Source: Hyaloraphidium curvatum SAG 235-1 (Eukaryota; Fungi; Monoblepharomycota). From it: a stretch of 64,000 nt of DNA. Below, in pieces: positions 1 to 10,748 of this stretch; within the stretch, counting starts at the first letter, position 1; the number at the start of each line of letters is the position of its first letter. The stretch is taken from the NCBI GenBank assembly GCA_025558095.1, contig JAIVFI010000032.1, forward strand, positions 496,001-560,000. Direction: 5' to 3'. The notes beneath the pieces were generated by a model. It was not told the DNA's origin. It ran no database searches and saw nothing but the letters and a program-made list of their open reading frames with translations. A program made the position numbers and the translations under genes.

Positions 1-5
1 CGCAG

Positions 6-869
6 GGCTCGTGCTGCTCCGCATGGGGCTACTGCTCAGGCGGCGCCGACCCCGGCACGCACGACCTCTGGTGCTCCGCCTCGCACGGGTGCCAGCGCCA
101 GTTCGGCAAGTGCTTCGACAACGCCGAGCTCCGCTGCGGGCACGGCCTCGGCCACGCGTGCTCCGCCTCGGGGCCCGAGTGCGCGACCGGGTGCTGCGTC
201 AACGGCGCCTGCGCAAACACCCACATCTGCTTCCCGCCCGCCGGCAACGGCGCCTCGTGCACCGCCTCGGACGGCCAGCAGTGCCAATCGGGCTGCTGCA
301 TCAACGGCGCCTGCGCCGACGCGGGCCAGTGCTTCCCCAACGGCAACCCGGCCCAGGCCGTCACCCTGATCGGCGCCAGCCCCATCCACGGCAACTACCA
401 GCCCGCTTCTCCGCCGCCGCCGCCTCCCGCCCCGGCCCCGGCCCCGGCCCCGCAGTCCCCCGCACCCTCGGGCGGCGGTGGCTGGATCGAGGGCTTCGGC
501 ACCTGGTACAATGCGTGCGTGATCCCCCCGGCTTGGCAACGGAACGGCCCGACCTGACCCCCCGCCCTTTGCAGCTGCGACCCCGCCCAGAACCACGGCT
601 ACGTCTGCATGGGCTCCTGCAACGGCAACTACATCGACGACTCGATCCCCGCCGTCGCCCTCAACGCGGCGCAGTACAACCACGGCCTCTGCTTCGCCTG
701 CATCGAGGTGTACGACCCATCCACGGGCGTCACCGCCAGATTCTCGGTGCAGGACCGCTGCGCGGGGTGCGCGTGGGGCGCGATCGACCTGACCCCCGCC
801 GCGTGGAGGAGGCTGGGGAACGATCCGTACACTTCGGGGTACAGGAGGATGAGGTGGCGGTTCTGCTGA
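6..869 (+). CDS. 3' part of a secreted chitin-binding (hevein/CBM18) + Cys-rich + RlpA-like DPBB (expansin/barwin-like) protein; 5' end outside window
   Basis: Reads GSCCSAWGYC...GCQRQFGKC (hevein), two CxxGCCxNGAC repeats, Pro linker, then GFGTWYNA|intron ~515-574|CDP...AVALNAAQYN...VQDRCAGCAWGAIDLTPAAW (DPBB motif), stop at 869. Confidence 0.85.
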
Positions 870-1112
870 GCGCGCTGCCGCCGGGTGACGGGGACGCGGG
901 GGGTTATACCGGGCACCGCGCGGTCGCTGGTTGGCCGCGCGGGCCCACGGCGCAGGGAGCCGTTGTGAAAAACCGGGGAGCAGGAGGAGGTCGATACCCG
1001 CGGGCAGGCCCGCGGACCGAATCAGTTAACACACATCAGTGTATTGTAACACGTCGGAGGATAGAGCGGCCGGGAGCCTTACCGTCGAACCTTGCGCCCC
1101 ATCCGGCCGCGA

Positions 1113-1310
1113 TCACGGCCTGCAGACCTTGCCGTGCCCCTTCCACGCCGCCCGCTGGCAATCGGCCCCACAGTACCTCGCCCTCCTGCACCTCGAGCAC
1201 GTGAGCAGCAGGATCGGCTCCTGCTTCCGCCCGCACGTCCCGCACCCCTCGTTGACCAGCGGCGGCGGGCCGGCGGGGGCCCTCTGCGCGCGGGAGAGGA
1301 ACTCCGCCGC
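1113..1310 (-). pseudogene. MYND-type zinc finger fragment
   Basis: Minus frame not in the ORF track: GCGTCGRKQEPILLLTCSRCRRARYCGADCQRAAWKGHGKVCRP*; no in-frame start upstream. Confidence 0.7.
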
Positions 1311-1362
1311 GGAACGTAGACGTCCCCCGAACGGACGAGGTACTCGTCCTCAGACGTCGGCA

Positions 1363-1730
1363 TCACGCCAACCGGAGCTCGTAAAAGACGTTGAGCGGGT
1401 CGTCCACGTAGTCGCCAAAGGGCCCGATTCTGCGGAACCCGGCGCGTTCGTACAGCGCTATCGCCTCGGCGTTCAGGATGCCGGTTTCCAGGCGTGCGAC
1501 TCCGATGTGTCGCGTCCGCAGGTGGTCCAGCAGAGCCCCGAGCATTTTCCGCCCGAGCCCGAGCCCCCGGAACTCCGGGAGCACGAACATCCTCTTAAGC
1601 TCGCCGTACCCCTCGCGGACGGCAACCGCCCCCGTGGCCGCGGCGATCCCGCCGACGCGTGCAACCAGGAAGCAGACGTTCGGGGCGAGCAGCGCGGAGG
1701 CGCCCAGCATGTGGTTGCATTCGGGCGGGA
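1363..1730 (-). CDS. GNAT N-acetyltransferase (bacterial-like), probably 5'-truncated at the LINE boundary
   Basis: FPPECNHML...GELKRMFVLPEFRGLGLGRKML...RLETGILNAEAIALYERAGF...PFGDY (acetyl-CoA RGLGLG motif); the usual N-terminal helix is missing. Confidence 0.8.
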
Positions 1731-2833
1731 ACTAAACAGAGTGGCTACATTGCGGAAGCGGGAGACACGGGTAAGCATGCCGCGGCGCGACAGGAGGCCA
1801 TGAACAATGCCTATGGTATCTGGCGCCGGATGATCGCCGACCACACTGGGCTGGAACCGCGCACTTCGCTCAACATCCTGCGGACCATCGTGGAAGCCGT
1901 CGGCCAGTACGGCAACCCACTGCTCATTAGCAAACCGTCGACGGACCTTCTACGCGGCAAATCGGCGCGGGACGTGACCATCCGTCGCGCACTCCGCGCG
2001 GTTCTCGGAGTGCCCCGCTCCACCCCCATCGCCTCACTCTTCGGCATATCCGGACATCTGCCCCTGGCCGTTCGCGACCACGAGATGGCCTTGCGCTACC
2101 TGATGCTGCCTACGAGGGACAAAGCGGTGCGGGCCTGCTTCGAGGCTCTCCGTCGCGAGATCGGCCGGAGGAAGGACGCGACATGTTTGACAACGGGAGC
2201 TCGGGCTGGAACGCCTGGACGATCGAGGGCCTGATCAAGAAGAAGGTAGTGGAGACCATGACCACCTGGATCGCGGATTCAGGGGCACTACACTTTCGGC
2301 GGACCTCGGGCATTACTTTTGGGTTCAACCCGTCGTTGGAGATCGAAGGGGAAACGAGGAGGCACGCCTTGCTCCGTCTGCTCACCGGGATGGAGAGCAC
2401 GCTCATGCAAGTACACGGGCGCTACCACAACTGGCCGAAGGACCGACAGACCTGCAAACATGATAGGGGAGAGATTGACGACGAGCTGCACCTACTGTTC
2501 AACTGCAGTCACAACAAAGACCTGAGGGACCGACTAGCTGCGCGGGTGCGAGAGCTCGGAGCAGACCACGATCACGGCCTATGGGACCTGGGAACGTGGT
2601 CATGGATACTGGAGGTGTCGCCCTTCCGCCTGGACAACGAGGAGCGGAGCGCTAAGCGCAGGATGCTGAGCGCGGCGGCGACGTTCATCGAGAAGAGCAT
2701 TGAAAGAAGGAAGAAGGAAGCTAAACCAGCATCACCGAGAATTCATCAGACGCCAATGGTGCGAGAGAGGTCCATAGCTGCTGTGGCGGGGGCCCGGGTC
2801 ACCGGCAATTTTGATTGATTGATTGATTGATTA
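1731..2833 (+). mobile_element. 5'-truncated non-LTR (LINE) retrotransposon fragment with (TTGA)n tail
   Basis: Post-RT-like text (LRAVLGVPRSTPIASLFGISGHLPL), frameshift near 2180, C-terminal zinc-knuckle CKH...DDELHLLFNC; ORF stop lies inside a (TTGA)5 run at 2811-2830. Confidence 0.8.
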
Positions 2834-2932
2834 CCGCCACCCCCCGCCTATGATGTGATCGGGCAACTGGACGACAAGCATCGCAGGCGAGCCCGCGCCG
2901 CCGTGGATCGCGGGCCGCGTGGTGATGGTGCC

Positions 2933-2989
2933 CACTGCCAGCGGTCGGCGTGGAAGAAGGAGCACCGCAAGGTCTGCAAGCAGCGATGA
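2933..2989 (+). pseudogene. Second MYND zinc finger C-terminal remnant
   Basis: HCQRSAWKKEHRKVCKQR*; similar at DNA level to the reverse complement of 1113-1165. Confidence 0.55.
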
Positions 2990-3303
2990 TGGGCGCGTGG
3001 ACAGTCTGGAGCCGGCAGTCCCCTCCCCTCTTCCCGAATCCAACGTGGCGGTGACCGGTTGTTCTTGCCCTGGACCGATGGCCGGCAGATCCGGTGGTGC
3101 ACAAGCCGCTATCGAAGAGCGCGCGACCGAAGAGACATCGAAGAGCAGGGTGCATAAGTAGCTGGCAGTACACGCCAATAGCCGATTCTCCATCCCCGCG
3201 TCCCCCCGACCATTCTAACCCTCGTAACCAACGGCCAAAACGGAGCCCTTTCCTCTGGGCATGCGCCCCCTGGCTGTCGACCGCCCTTCGCGCCACCTTC
3301 GCA

Positions 3304-4017
3304 TCAGGGGAAAGGGTCGGTAATGGTCAACACGAAGTTGGGACCGCTGATGCAGGGGAAAACCGCCCACTGCGCCAATGTGTTGCAGTTTTCGCCAAAG
3401 ACGAAGGGCAGGAACGACGCCATGCATGTCCCCGGGGCGCTGTCGGTGATGGGGCCGGACACCGCCGAGGAGATGATCTGCCCGCCGCCGGACCCGATGG
3501 GGCACGCGCCAGCCCCCATGGTGAGGAAGGTGCCCGTGACGTTGACGGCCAAGTTGTAGCAGACTATCTGGCCGATGTCGCCTTGGTAGAACTTGCCGCT
3601 GATGCCCGCGCGGTCGAGGCAGTTGAGGTTCTCGTACCGCTTGTACAGTGCGTGGTCGGTGCCGTGGGTGACGCACGCGAGGGGGAGCTCGGGCGTGGCG
3701 TCGGGATGGTTGAACTCGCTGCGCGGCGGGGGGCCGGGCGGGTCAGCGGGACCCAGAAAGCCGCCGGTGGCGCGCGGGGGAAGCTGTACCAGTACGAGTC
3801 CTCGAGGCAGTCCCCGCACGAGCGGACAAACACCGCGTGCTCCACGGGGGCGGCTTGCTCGGCCGGGCCGTCGTCCACGATGGGCCTGCCGGGGAAATCG
3901 CATCGGCCGTCAGCGCCGGCGCGGGAGCGGGCGCGCCGCAGCCACTCACGCCGCGGAGGCCGACAGGGCGGCGCAGAGCGCAAGCAGAGCGGCGGCAACG
4001 GCGGCGGCGGCGCGCAT
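3304..4017 (-). CDS. Secreted Cys-rich protein, family member 1 (2 introns)
   Basis: Signal peptide MRAAAAVAAALLALCAALSASA; spliced HAVFVRSCGDCLEDSYCEFNHPDATPELPLACVTHGTDHALYKRY followed by a unique ~110-aa Cys-containing domain. Confidence 0.8.
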
Positions 4018-4888
4018 CTCTTTCGAAAGTTTCGGGTTTGTGGACACGGCGGTGCGATTCGTGGCCGCAATGCCGGCCCGGCGGCGTGATTGGAGCATGA
4101 TTGCGGGTCCAGGCCCATCCGGCCATCTCGGGGCGGGCAACCCTACGATGCCCACCATGTTTCCGGACACACGCCATTCCGACCGCGGCCATCCGGAATG
4201 GAAGCTCTTGCTCCGGCTCACCGTTTCCGACGCTGATCCCGCGGATTCGGCACATTGTAGGGTCTCGCGGGCGGAATCGGTCGGACGAACCAGCCGCCGC
4301 GGCCGGCGGAAGCCACGGCGCCCAACCGCCGCCTTCGCCGACGCCGCCCGACCGCCGCCTTCACCGACGAGCACGGCCACTCCATGCCGGCGCACGTCTT
4401 TGGCCGCGAGAGCCTCGTCGCGGGCCGCGCCACGGCGCCAACCGGCGCCGGCGACGAAGGGTGTAGTGAGAGGGGGCACGCGCGCCGACCGGGCCCGCCG
4501 GCGCCGGTGGCGAGCGCTGGCTGGGGCGCCGGCCCGGGGAAGGATCTCGACGCTGTCTACACCGATGCGCCTCGGACCGCGCCAAAGAAAGGGAGTACTT
4601 CGAGCCCAGGGCGTTCCTGCGGAACCGCACGCCAGGCAACCCACGCCTCCTTCAAGTTCTTCAAAAGCGTATGGGGAAAGTAAACGCAACATTACTGCAC
4701 AATGTGGGGATAGTAAAAGTAGCTGAAACACCACCAGCTGGCGTAACGTACACCGACGGAGCGGCGCTCGACGAATTCATGAGCACGACGCTTCATCCTC
4801 GGGCCGAGGGGGCCTCTCCTTCGCACCAGTGGATCGGCCCGCTCCCCGCGTTTCTTGCCCGGATACATACTTGCCATACGGGACGCCT

Positions 4889-6235
4889 TCACTGGCTTTC
4901 GCCGCCCTCCCCGCCGATCGCGAACCCCATCCTCTCCAGATCCCGCGCCGTCTCCTCCTCCCCGCCCTCGGCGTGCACCTGCCTCGAGAAGAAGAGCAAC
5001 CACCCCGCCAGCGAGAGCCCTTCCTTTTCCCGCTGCACGCGGGCCGGGGGCGGCGCCGCCTTGCTCTTGCCCTCCGCCGGGGATCCCTCCGCAGGCTGTC
5101 CGGCGAGCCATTCCCCCGTCCAGATCCTCGTTTCCGGGTCGACGCCCCCCTCGAGTGCCGCGACCATCGATTTGGCCTCCTTGAGGGTGACCGGGTGGCC
5201 GTTGGCCTTGTGCACCGCGGTCGCGAAGCCCGCGGGGGGGAGCACGGCGTCGCCGCCGAAAGCGCGGAAGGCGCGGAGGAGGGTCGTCAACAGGGAGGAG
5301 CGGAGATGGAAGGGGGGGTTGGTGGGGTCCGAGAGGAGGGATGTGGGGATGACGTCGGGCGTGGCGTGGGGTGGAGGGTCGGCCTCGTCCGCCAGCTGCC
5401 GAAAGTCGTCATCACCACCCATTTCGATGCCGATGTGCGCCATCTCGGCGCACGCCTCGTTGTGCCCCTCGAGGAGCAGCAAAAACGCCAGCAGCCTGAT
5501 CGAAGGAAGGTGGTTGGGAACCATCCTGAGCAGGTGCACCAGCCTCTCCCCCGGCGCCAGCGTGCGCACCGACAGCGCCGAGCCGCCGGAAGAGACGGAG
5601 AGGTGTTCGGCGCGCTCGGCGAGCTCGGCGTCGGAGGAGCGGATGCTCCGCGTGGAGCTGTTGGGTCCCCCCTCGGCGTCCGAGCCGTCCATCGACACGT
5701 CGCTGTCCGATGCCGCGCCCGACGGGCCGGGCGCTGCGGAGTCGCCGGCCACTTCGGCCTCGGAGCTGCTCCCCGCGGCGTCCATCGCGTGCTCGGGCCC
5801 CCCGTGGCCCGTCTTGCCCTCGAGCGCCCTGACCTCCTCCAGCACCTCCTCGAACGTCTCCTCGATCCCCGCCAGCTCCCCCGCCACCTCGTCCTCCTCC
5901 TCATCAGTCATCTCCGGCGCCGGTGCCCGCGGCTTGCCGGCGGCCTTTGCCCACAGGTCGGCCCGCATCCGCGCGCGGGCGACGTCCTCCCGCGCGGGCT
6001 CCCACGGCTCGTGCTCCGCCCCCGGCAGCAGCGCCGCGAGCTCCTCGACCTTGGCGGCGTGCGTGAAGTGCCGCGCGAACGCGGATGCCCAGTGCGGCGA
6101 CGCGGCGGCCGCGGCGGACACCGACGAGCAGACGAGGGAGAGCGGCGCGAGGAGCCGCGGGGGCAGCGCGGGGGACGCCGCGACGAGGGAGAGCGCGGCG
6201 GTGGCGGGGTCGGGGGCGGCGCGGTCGAGCTCCAT
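4889..6235 (-). CDS. Hypothetical protein; possible F-box-like N-terminus and EF-hand-associated C-terminus
   Basis: Long GC3-rich ORF from MELDRAAP; C-terminal GLSLAGWLLFFSRQ...EETARDLERMGF resembles fungal EF-hand-associated segments. Confidence 0.6.
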   Translation of the reverse strand: MELDRAAPDPATAALSLVAASPALPPRLLAPLSLVCSSVSAAAAASPHWASAFARHFTHAAKVEELAALLPGAEHEPWEPAREDVARARMRADLWAKAAGKPRAPAPEMTDEEEDEVAGELAGIEETFEEVLEEVRALEGKTGHGGPEHAMDAAGSSSEAEVAGDSAAPGPSGAASDSDVSMDGSDAEGGPNSSTRSIRSSDAELAERAEHLSVSSGGSALSVRTLAPGERLVHLLRMVPNHLPSIRLLAFLLLLEGHNEACAEMAHIGIEMGGDDDFRQLADEADPPPHATPDVIPTSLLSDPTNPPFHLRSSLLTTLLRAFRAFGGDAVLPPAGFATAVHKANGHPVTLKEAKSMVAALEGGVDPETRIWTGEWLAGQPAEGSPAEGKSKAAPPPARVQREKEGLSLAGWLLFFSRQVHAEGGEEETARDLERMGFAIGGEGGESQ

Positions 6236-6539
6236 CGCGGCGGGGGACACGCGGGGTGACGGGCAAGGGGCGACGCTACAGGGTAAACAAAGAGTCCGCG
6301 ACCACCCCACACAGGCTGGAACACCGGCGCAACGGAAGCAAAGCACCATCAACGAGTCAATAAGCTTTGGGCCTCCGTAGCATCCCGGGGATCTCTCCCC
6401 GAAAAAAGGAAAGACCAGCACGCTCGCACCGCTTGCCGACAATCCCCTGCTTCTGTCTCTATGGCGGGCCCACGCCGGCTCCCCTTTCGCTAGACGCCTC
6501 CGAGCTTCTCGCGCTCTTCCCGCTCCGTGCGCCTCCGGA

Positions 6540-7320
6540 CGGCCGTCGTCGTGGTGGGGCGTCCTCATCGGCGCCTCCTTCTTCCTTTCAGCTTCGACGT
6601 GGGTCTTCGGAAGCTACCTCGTCCGCGCGGCGCGGACGAGCCCCGCCGACGTGCGCCTCCGCACCCGGCTGCACCGTCGCGCGACTAGCCACGCGCTGCG
6701 GGACTTCCTCTCCCGCGCGCGCGACGCCCTGGTCCACGGCACCCCGCTCGGCGACCCGTGGACTGGCGAGCCCTATGCCGTCCTTCACGCGTCCTACGAG
6801 CGGCGTTGGCTCGCCGCCAGGGCCGTCCGCGCGCTCTCATCCTCCGCGGCCTTCACCGCCCTCGTGACCGTCTTCGTCCCCCTGGCCTTGCTCGCCGGTG
6901 CGGCGGCCAACATCGCCGCGGGCGGCTGCATCCCCTTCTGGACCGTCGCGTGGGCGCTCGTCGCCCTCGTCAGGCCGTGGGTCGACCTTGCGCATCTGCC
7001 GGCGTCCAACGCGCAGATCGACGCCACTGATCTCGCTCTACGGCGACGCCCGCACCGCCCTTCAATCCATGCTCGCCGAATCCCTGCGGCTTCCCGAACC
7101 CCCCGAATGCCGCGCCGCGGAGCTCAGGGAGCACGTGGGCCTGCTCTCCGCGCTGGGGACCGCGGACAACCTCCGCGCGACGTTCGTGGGGATCGCGGTC
7201 ACCTGGGGACTGGCGAAGACGGTGTTCGTGACCGCGGCGAAGCTGGCGGTGGCGCTGTGGAGCGTGCTCAGGGGGGCGGGGGTTTCTTTTACCATCGAGA
7301 CAGCGTGTCCAGGATATTGA
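6540..7320 (+). pseudogene. Multi-pass membrane protein paralog, truncated and frameshifted (paralog of 39330-41043)
   Basis: SWWGVLIG...EPYAVLH...GGCIPFW...SNAQI, frameshift ~7025, then ELREHV...ATFVGIAVTWGLAKTVFVTAAKLAVALWSVLRGAGV...CPGY*. Confidence 0.65.
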
Positions 7321-7446
7321 ATGTTACATGGGCTATTGCGGCCACGCCACACACGTCCGAACCCCATCCCTCCATCTTGCCGCCCCTTCTGCAGATGGCG
7401 CAGGCTCCATCGCGGCCGAAAACGCATCCCTTCCCCCCGCCCCACC

Positions 7447-7764
7447 TCACGCGGCGCGGTGCAGGATCCCCTTCTCCAGCTCCACCACCACCTCGTTCCC
7501 CTCCACCCTGGCCTTGCCGTCCGCAATCAAGCTCATCCCCCCCTCCTCCTTGGCCGGCCACAGCAGCACCACCTCCTGCCTGTCGGCGATGTTGGCCCGC
7601 GTGGTCTTTCCGGCGTCGGCGATGCGCGCGGTGGTGCCGCTGACCGCGGGGCGGCACGAGACGGGGTGTGCCCGCGAGGGAGGGGGGGAGGTGGTGATGA
7701 GGAAGCAGGAGGGGTAGGCGGCGGAGGCGGCGGCGATGCCGTCGGCGGGCACGGGCCGGGTCAT
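7447..7764 (-). CDS. Pyridoxamine 5'-phosphate oxidase-like (FMN split-barrel) small protein, actinobacterial-like
   Basis: Intronless 105 aa: FLIT...AHPVS...GKTTRANI...VVLLWP...MSLIADG.A...GILHR. Confidence 0.65.
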   Translation of the reverse strand: MTRPVPADGIAAASAAYPSCFLITTSPPPSRAHPVSCRPAVSGTTARIADAGKTTRANIADRQEVVLLWPAKEEGGMSLIADGKARVEGNEVVVELEKGILHRAA

Positions 7765-8821
7765 TTTGGGTGTTCGTTGGGGGGCCCGGCGGTGCGTTGG
7801 CGTTGGGAGCAGGGCGCAACGCAGGGGCCGCGGGGCGATAGGCAGGGCAGCGATCGAACGGAATCAAGGAAGAAGCCGGAAGCAAGCTGCCGACGGGCCC
7901 GAGACGGATGTGGCGGTCTGCCTCCCGGCAATCCCTTGCTGGTCCCCGTAAACACCGCGGTGACGCCACAATGGCCGGCTGGTACGGAGGCTGGCAGGCG
8001 CCTCAGGCACCCCAGTGGCTGCCGGCGGGGCCTGCAATGGGCGTCCATGTGGTGGGGGCGATGCTGAGGAGGATCTCGGCGAGGAGGCCGGGGAAGGCGA
8101 CGACGAGATACGGCAAGACGGGGAGGGCGATTGTGGTGGGGAGAACGACGCTGAGATCGAGGATTACGAGGCCTTCAAGCCCGAAGCCACGTTCAAAAAG
8201 ATGGCGCAAGCGCTTCAAGTGCTGAAGAACGAGCGCTTGCGCTTGCCGATGCTGGTCCGCGACGCAGACGCCAAGACCCTCCGCCCGCGGTGACGGCGAT
8301 CCCGTGCAGGCACGTGCTGCTGCGCGAGGGGTGCTGGGGGAGGGTGGTGGTCGCGATTGGGAGCGGGTGTCCCAGGTGCGGGAACGGGGTGCAAGAGTGG
8401 CTCGAGGTCCAGTTCTGAAGCGCGGGGAAAGGTGGCGCGAACGCAATAGTCTTGAATGCAGGCACGAGTCTTTCAACCCGATGAGCCCATCAGCAGTGTT
8501 CCTCGTCGGATCCAATCCAGCATCCTGCCGACAAGTCCGCCTCGCCGCTCTCTCTGCCCTTGAGCCCGACCCGAGACCTTGCCCGATTGCCTCCGCGCCT
8601 CCCGATCCGCAGTGACCGATCCCGTGCCGCAAACGGTATCGCCAATCAAGCCGTTTTACGCCCGGGAAAGGTGCTGATGCGAAGTGTGTGGAACGGGGAC
8701 GAGCTGCGGCGAAACCCGGTAGGGAAATCGGGGTTGTTCCGCGGCCCGCGCCAAATCGCCGCCGCCCCAACAAAATCGCACCACAGCGTCGCCGCGCAGA
8801 GCAGCCATCACCCAACGAATA

Positions 8822-10645
8822 ATGTCTTCTCATCAAGCACTCTTTACGGCCGCCGGCGTCGCGGCCGGCGCCCTCGCCCTCGGCACCCTCGCCGCGCGCC
8901 GCGTGCTTCGAGTCGGACCCTGGGCCTCGGCGTCCGACGTCCTCTTCGGGCCCGCCGAGCCCCCGGCGCTACCCACCGCCGCGGATGCCGACGGAATCAT
9001 CAAAATCGACGTCGACACCGCGCGCTACTCCCTGACGGGCACCGTGTACAAGGACTTCCTCCCGGTCGCCGAGGCGTTCCTCGAGAACATCGCGCGCGGG
9101 GAGGAGGTCGGCACGGGGCTGTGCATCTACCACCGGGGGAAGCGGGTCGTGGACATTGCGGGGGGGTTGAAGGACGGGTCGGGGAGGCGGTACGATCTGG
9201 AGAGCGGTGAGTATACCCGTGCAGACTCGGCGGCGCCTGATGCTGACTGCCCCCGCCGATTGAAGTCAACCAGGTCTGGTCATCGGGCAAGACGGTGACG
9301 GCCATCTTGGCCGCGTACTGCGTCTCGAAGGGCTACTTTGACTACGAGGACCCTGTCGCCAAGTATTGGCCAGAGTTTGCGCAGGGCAACAAGGCGGGCG
9401 TGCGCATCAAGGACCTCCTCCAGCACCGCGCGGGGGTCGGCATGATTGATGAGCAAAATCTGCCGCCGGTCGAAATGTTCTGGGAGGATTTGGACGGGGT
9501 CGCGGGGATGCTGGCCAAGCAGGAGCACAACTGGGGCGGAAGGAAGGTGCAGAGCTAGTGGGTACTCCGGATCGGGGCACGGGGGACAACGCTAAGGACA
9601 GTGCGAGTAGCCACGCATTCAGCGGAGGGTGGTTCCTCAACGAGATCCTGCGCCGCGCGCATCCGGAGAAGCTCACGATCAGGGAGGTCATGGAGCGTGA
9701 GGTGCTACCGCTCGTCATCCCGAAGGGCGAGGAGAAGGGACATCCGTTGTTCGTGACAGTGCCCGAGACCCCGGACGTGATGGGCCGCCTGTGGGACCTG
9801 ACCGAGTTGGTGACTCCTCGTAACTCGTTCTGATCTCGTCGATGCTGACCGTCGTGCAAACCAGATACCCCAAAATCCGGGCCCTGATCCGGTACCTCCT
9901 CCCCACCGTCGTCAACCCCGAGCCCATCCACCCCGAATTCCTCAAGGCCATGGCCGACCGCAACAGCGTCGCCACCCGCTCCGCCGCGCGCTCCACGCCC
10001 CCCATGACCCGCCCCGACCCCATCACCGGTCGCCGCGGGCCGGTGCCGCTGGGCACCAACACATGGGGCATACGCAGGGGACAGCACGTCTCCTTCGCGG
10101 TGCATTCCAACGCGCGCGCGCTGGCGCGGTTCGCGGCGGTCGTGTGCGAGGGAGGCGAGCTTGACGGAGTCAGGCTGCTCGATCCGGAGACGCACGCGCG
10201 GGCCACGGCGAGGGATCTCTGGGTGGGGCTGGACCGGTTCTTCAATAGGGTAGTGCCCTACACCCACGGCGGATTCGCGATGTGGGAGGGCACGCAGGTG
10301 CCCAACATCCCGATCGAAGACGAGTGGCTGCCTGACGGCGGGGGGTGGACGTGGCACGGTGGGTTCCGGACGGCGGATGCATTTTATCAGTGGCTGACGT
10401 GCTTCCTCTTCGTTGTTACAGGATGGGGAGGGTACGGCGGGTCGCGGATCATCTGGGAGCCCACGAAGCGCCTCGCCTTCGGATAGTCAGTGCATCCGCG
10501 GGCGTCGGACTTCGCTGTTCTTACACCGTTCTGCACCAGCGTACCCTCGGGGATGCAGATCGCGATCATGGGCGACAAGAGGTCGGCCAAGCTGCTCCTG
10601 ACGACGATTGAGTGCCTCAAGAGGATCGGGGACGCCGACAACTGA
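8822..10645 (+). CDS. Beta-lactamase-related serine hydrolase/esterase (EstB-like), multi-exon, N-terminal membrane anchor
   Basis: GLCIYHRGKRVVDIAGG; VWSSGK (SxxK); DPVAKYWPEFAQGNK...IKDLLQHRAG; SNARALAR; GWGGYGGS. Confidence 0.9.
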
Positions 10646-10748
10646 ACCTCGCTCCACTGTAGCCTTCCATAGATGTAGACGCCAAATAGAACTGACAATG
10701 AAATGCATAAATGCTACGAGAGAAACACGGCACGAAACGAAACGGGCT

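Noticed and set aside
4560-4800. Short AT-richer stretch with a plausible reading frame
   Set aside because: No start, splice support or motif; compatible with the 3' flank of the adjacent gene
8015-8470. Acidic ORF fragment (DAEEDLGEEAGEGDDE...)
   Set aside because: No clear start or recognisable domain; may be a decayed gene but cannot be supported
8822-10645. Antibiotic-resistance beta-lactamase
   Set aside because: Motifs match the EstB/beta-lactamase-related esterases common in eukaryotes, and the gene has introns
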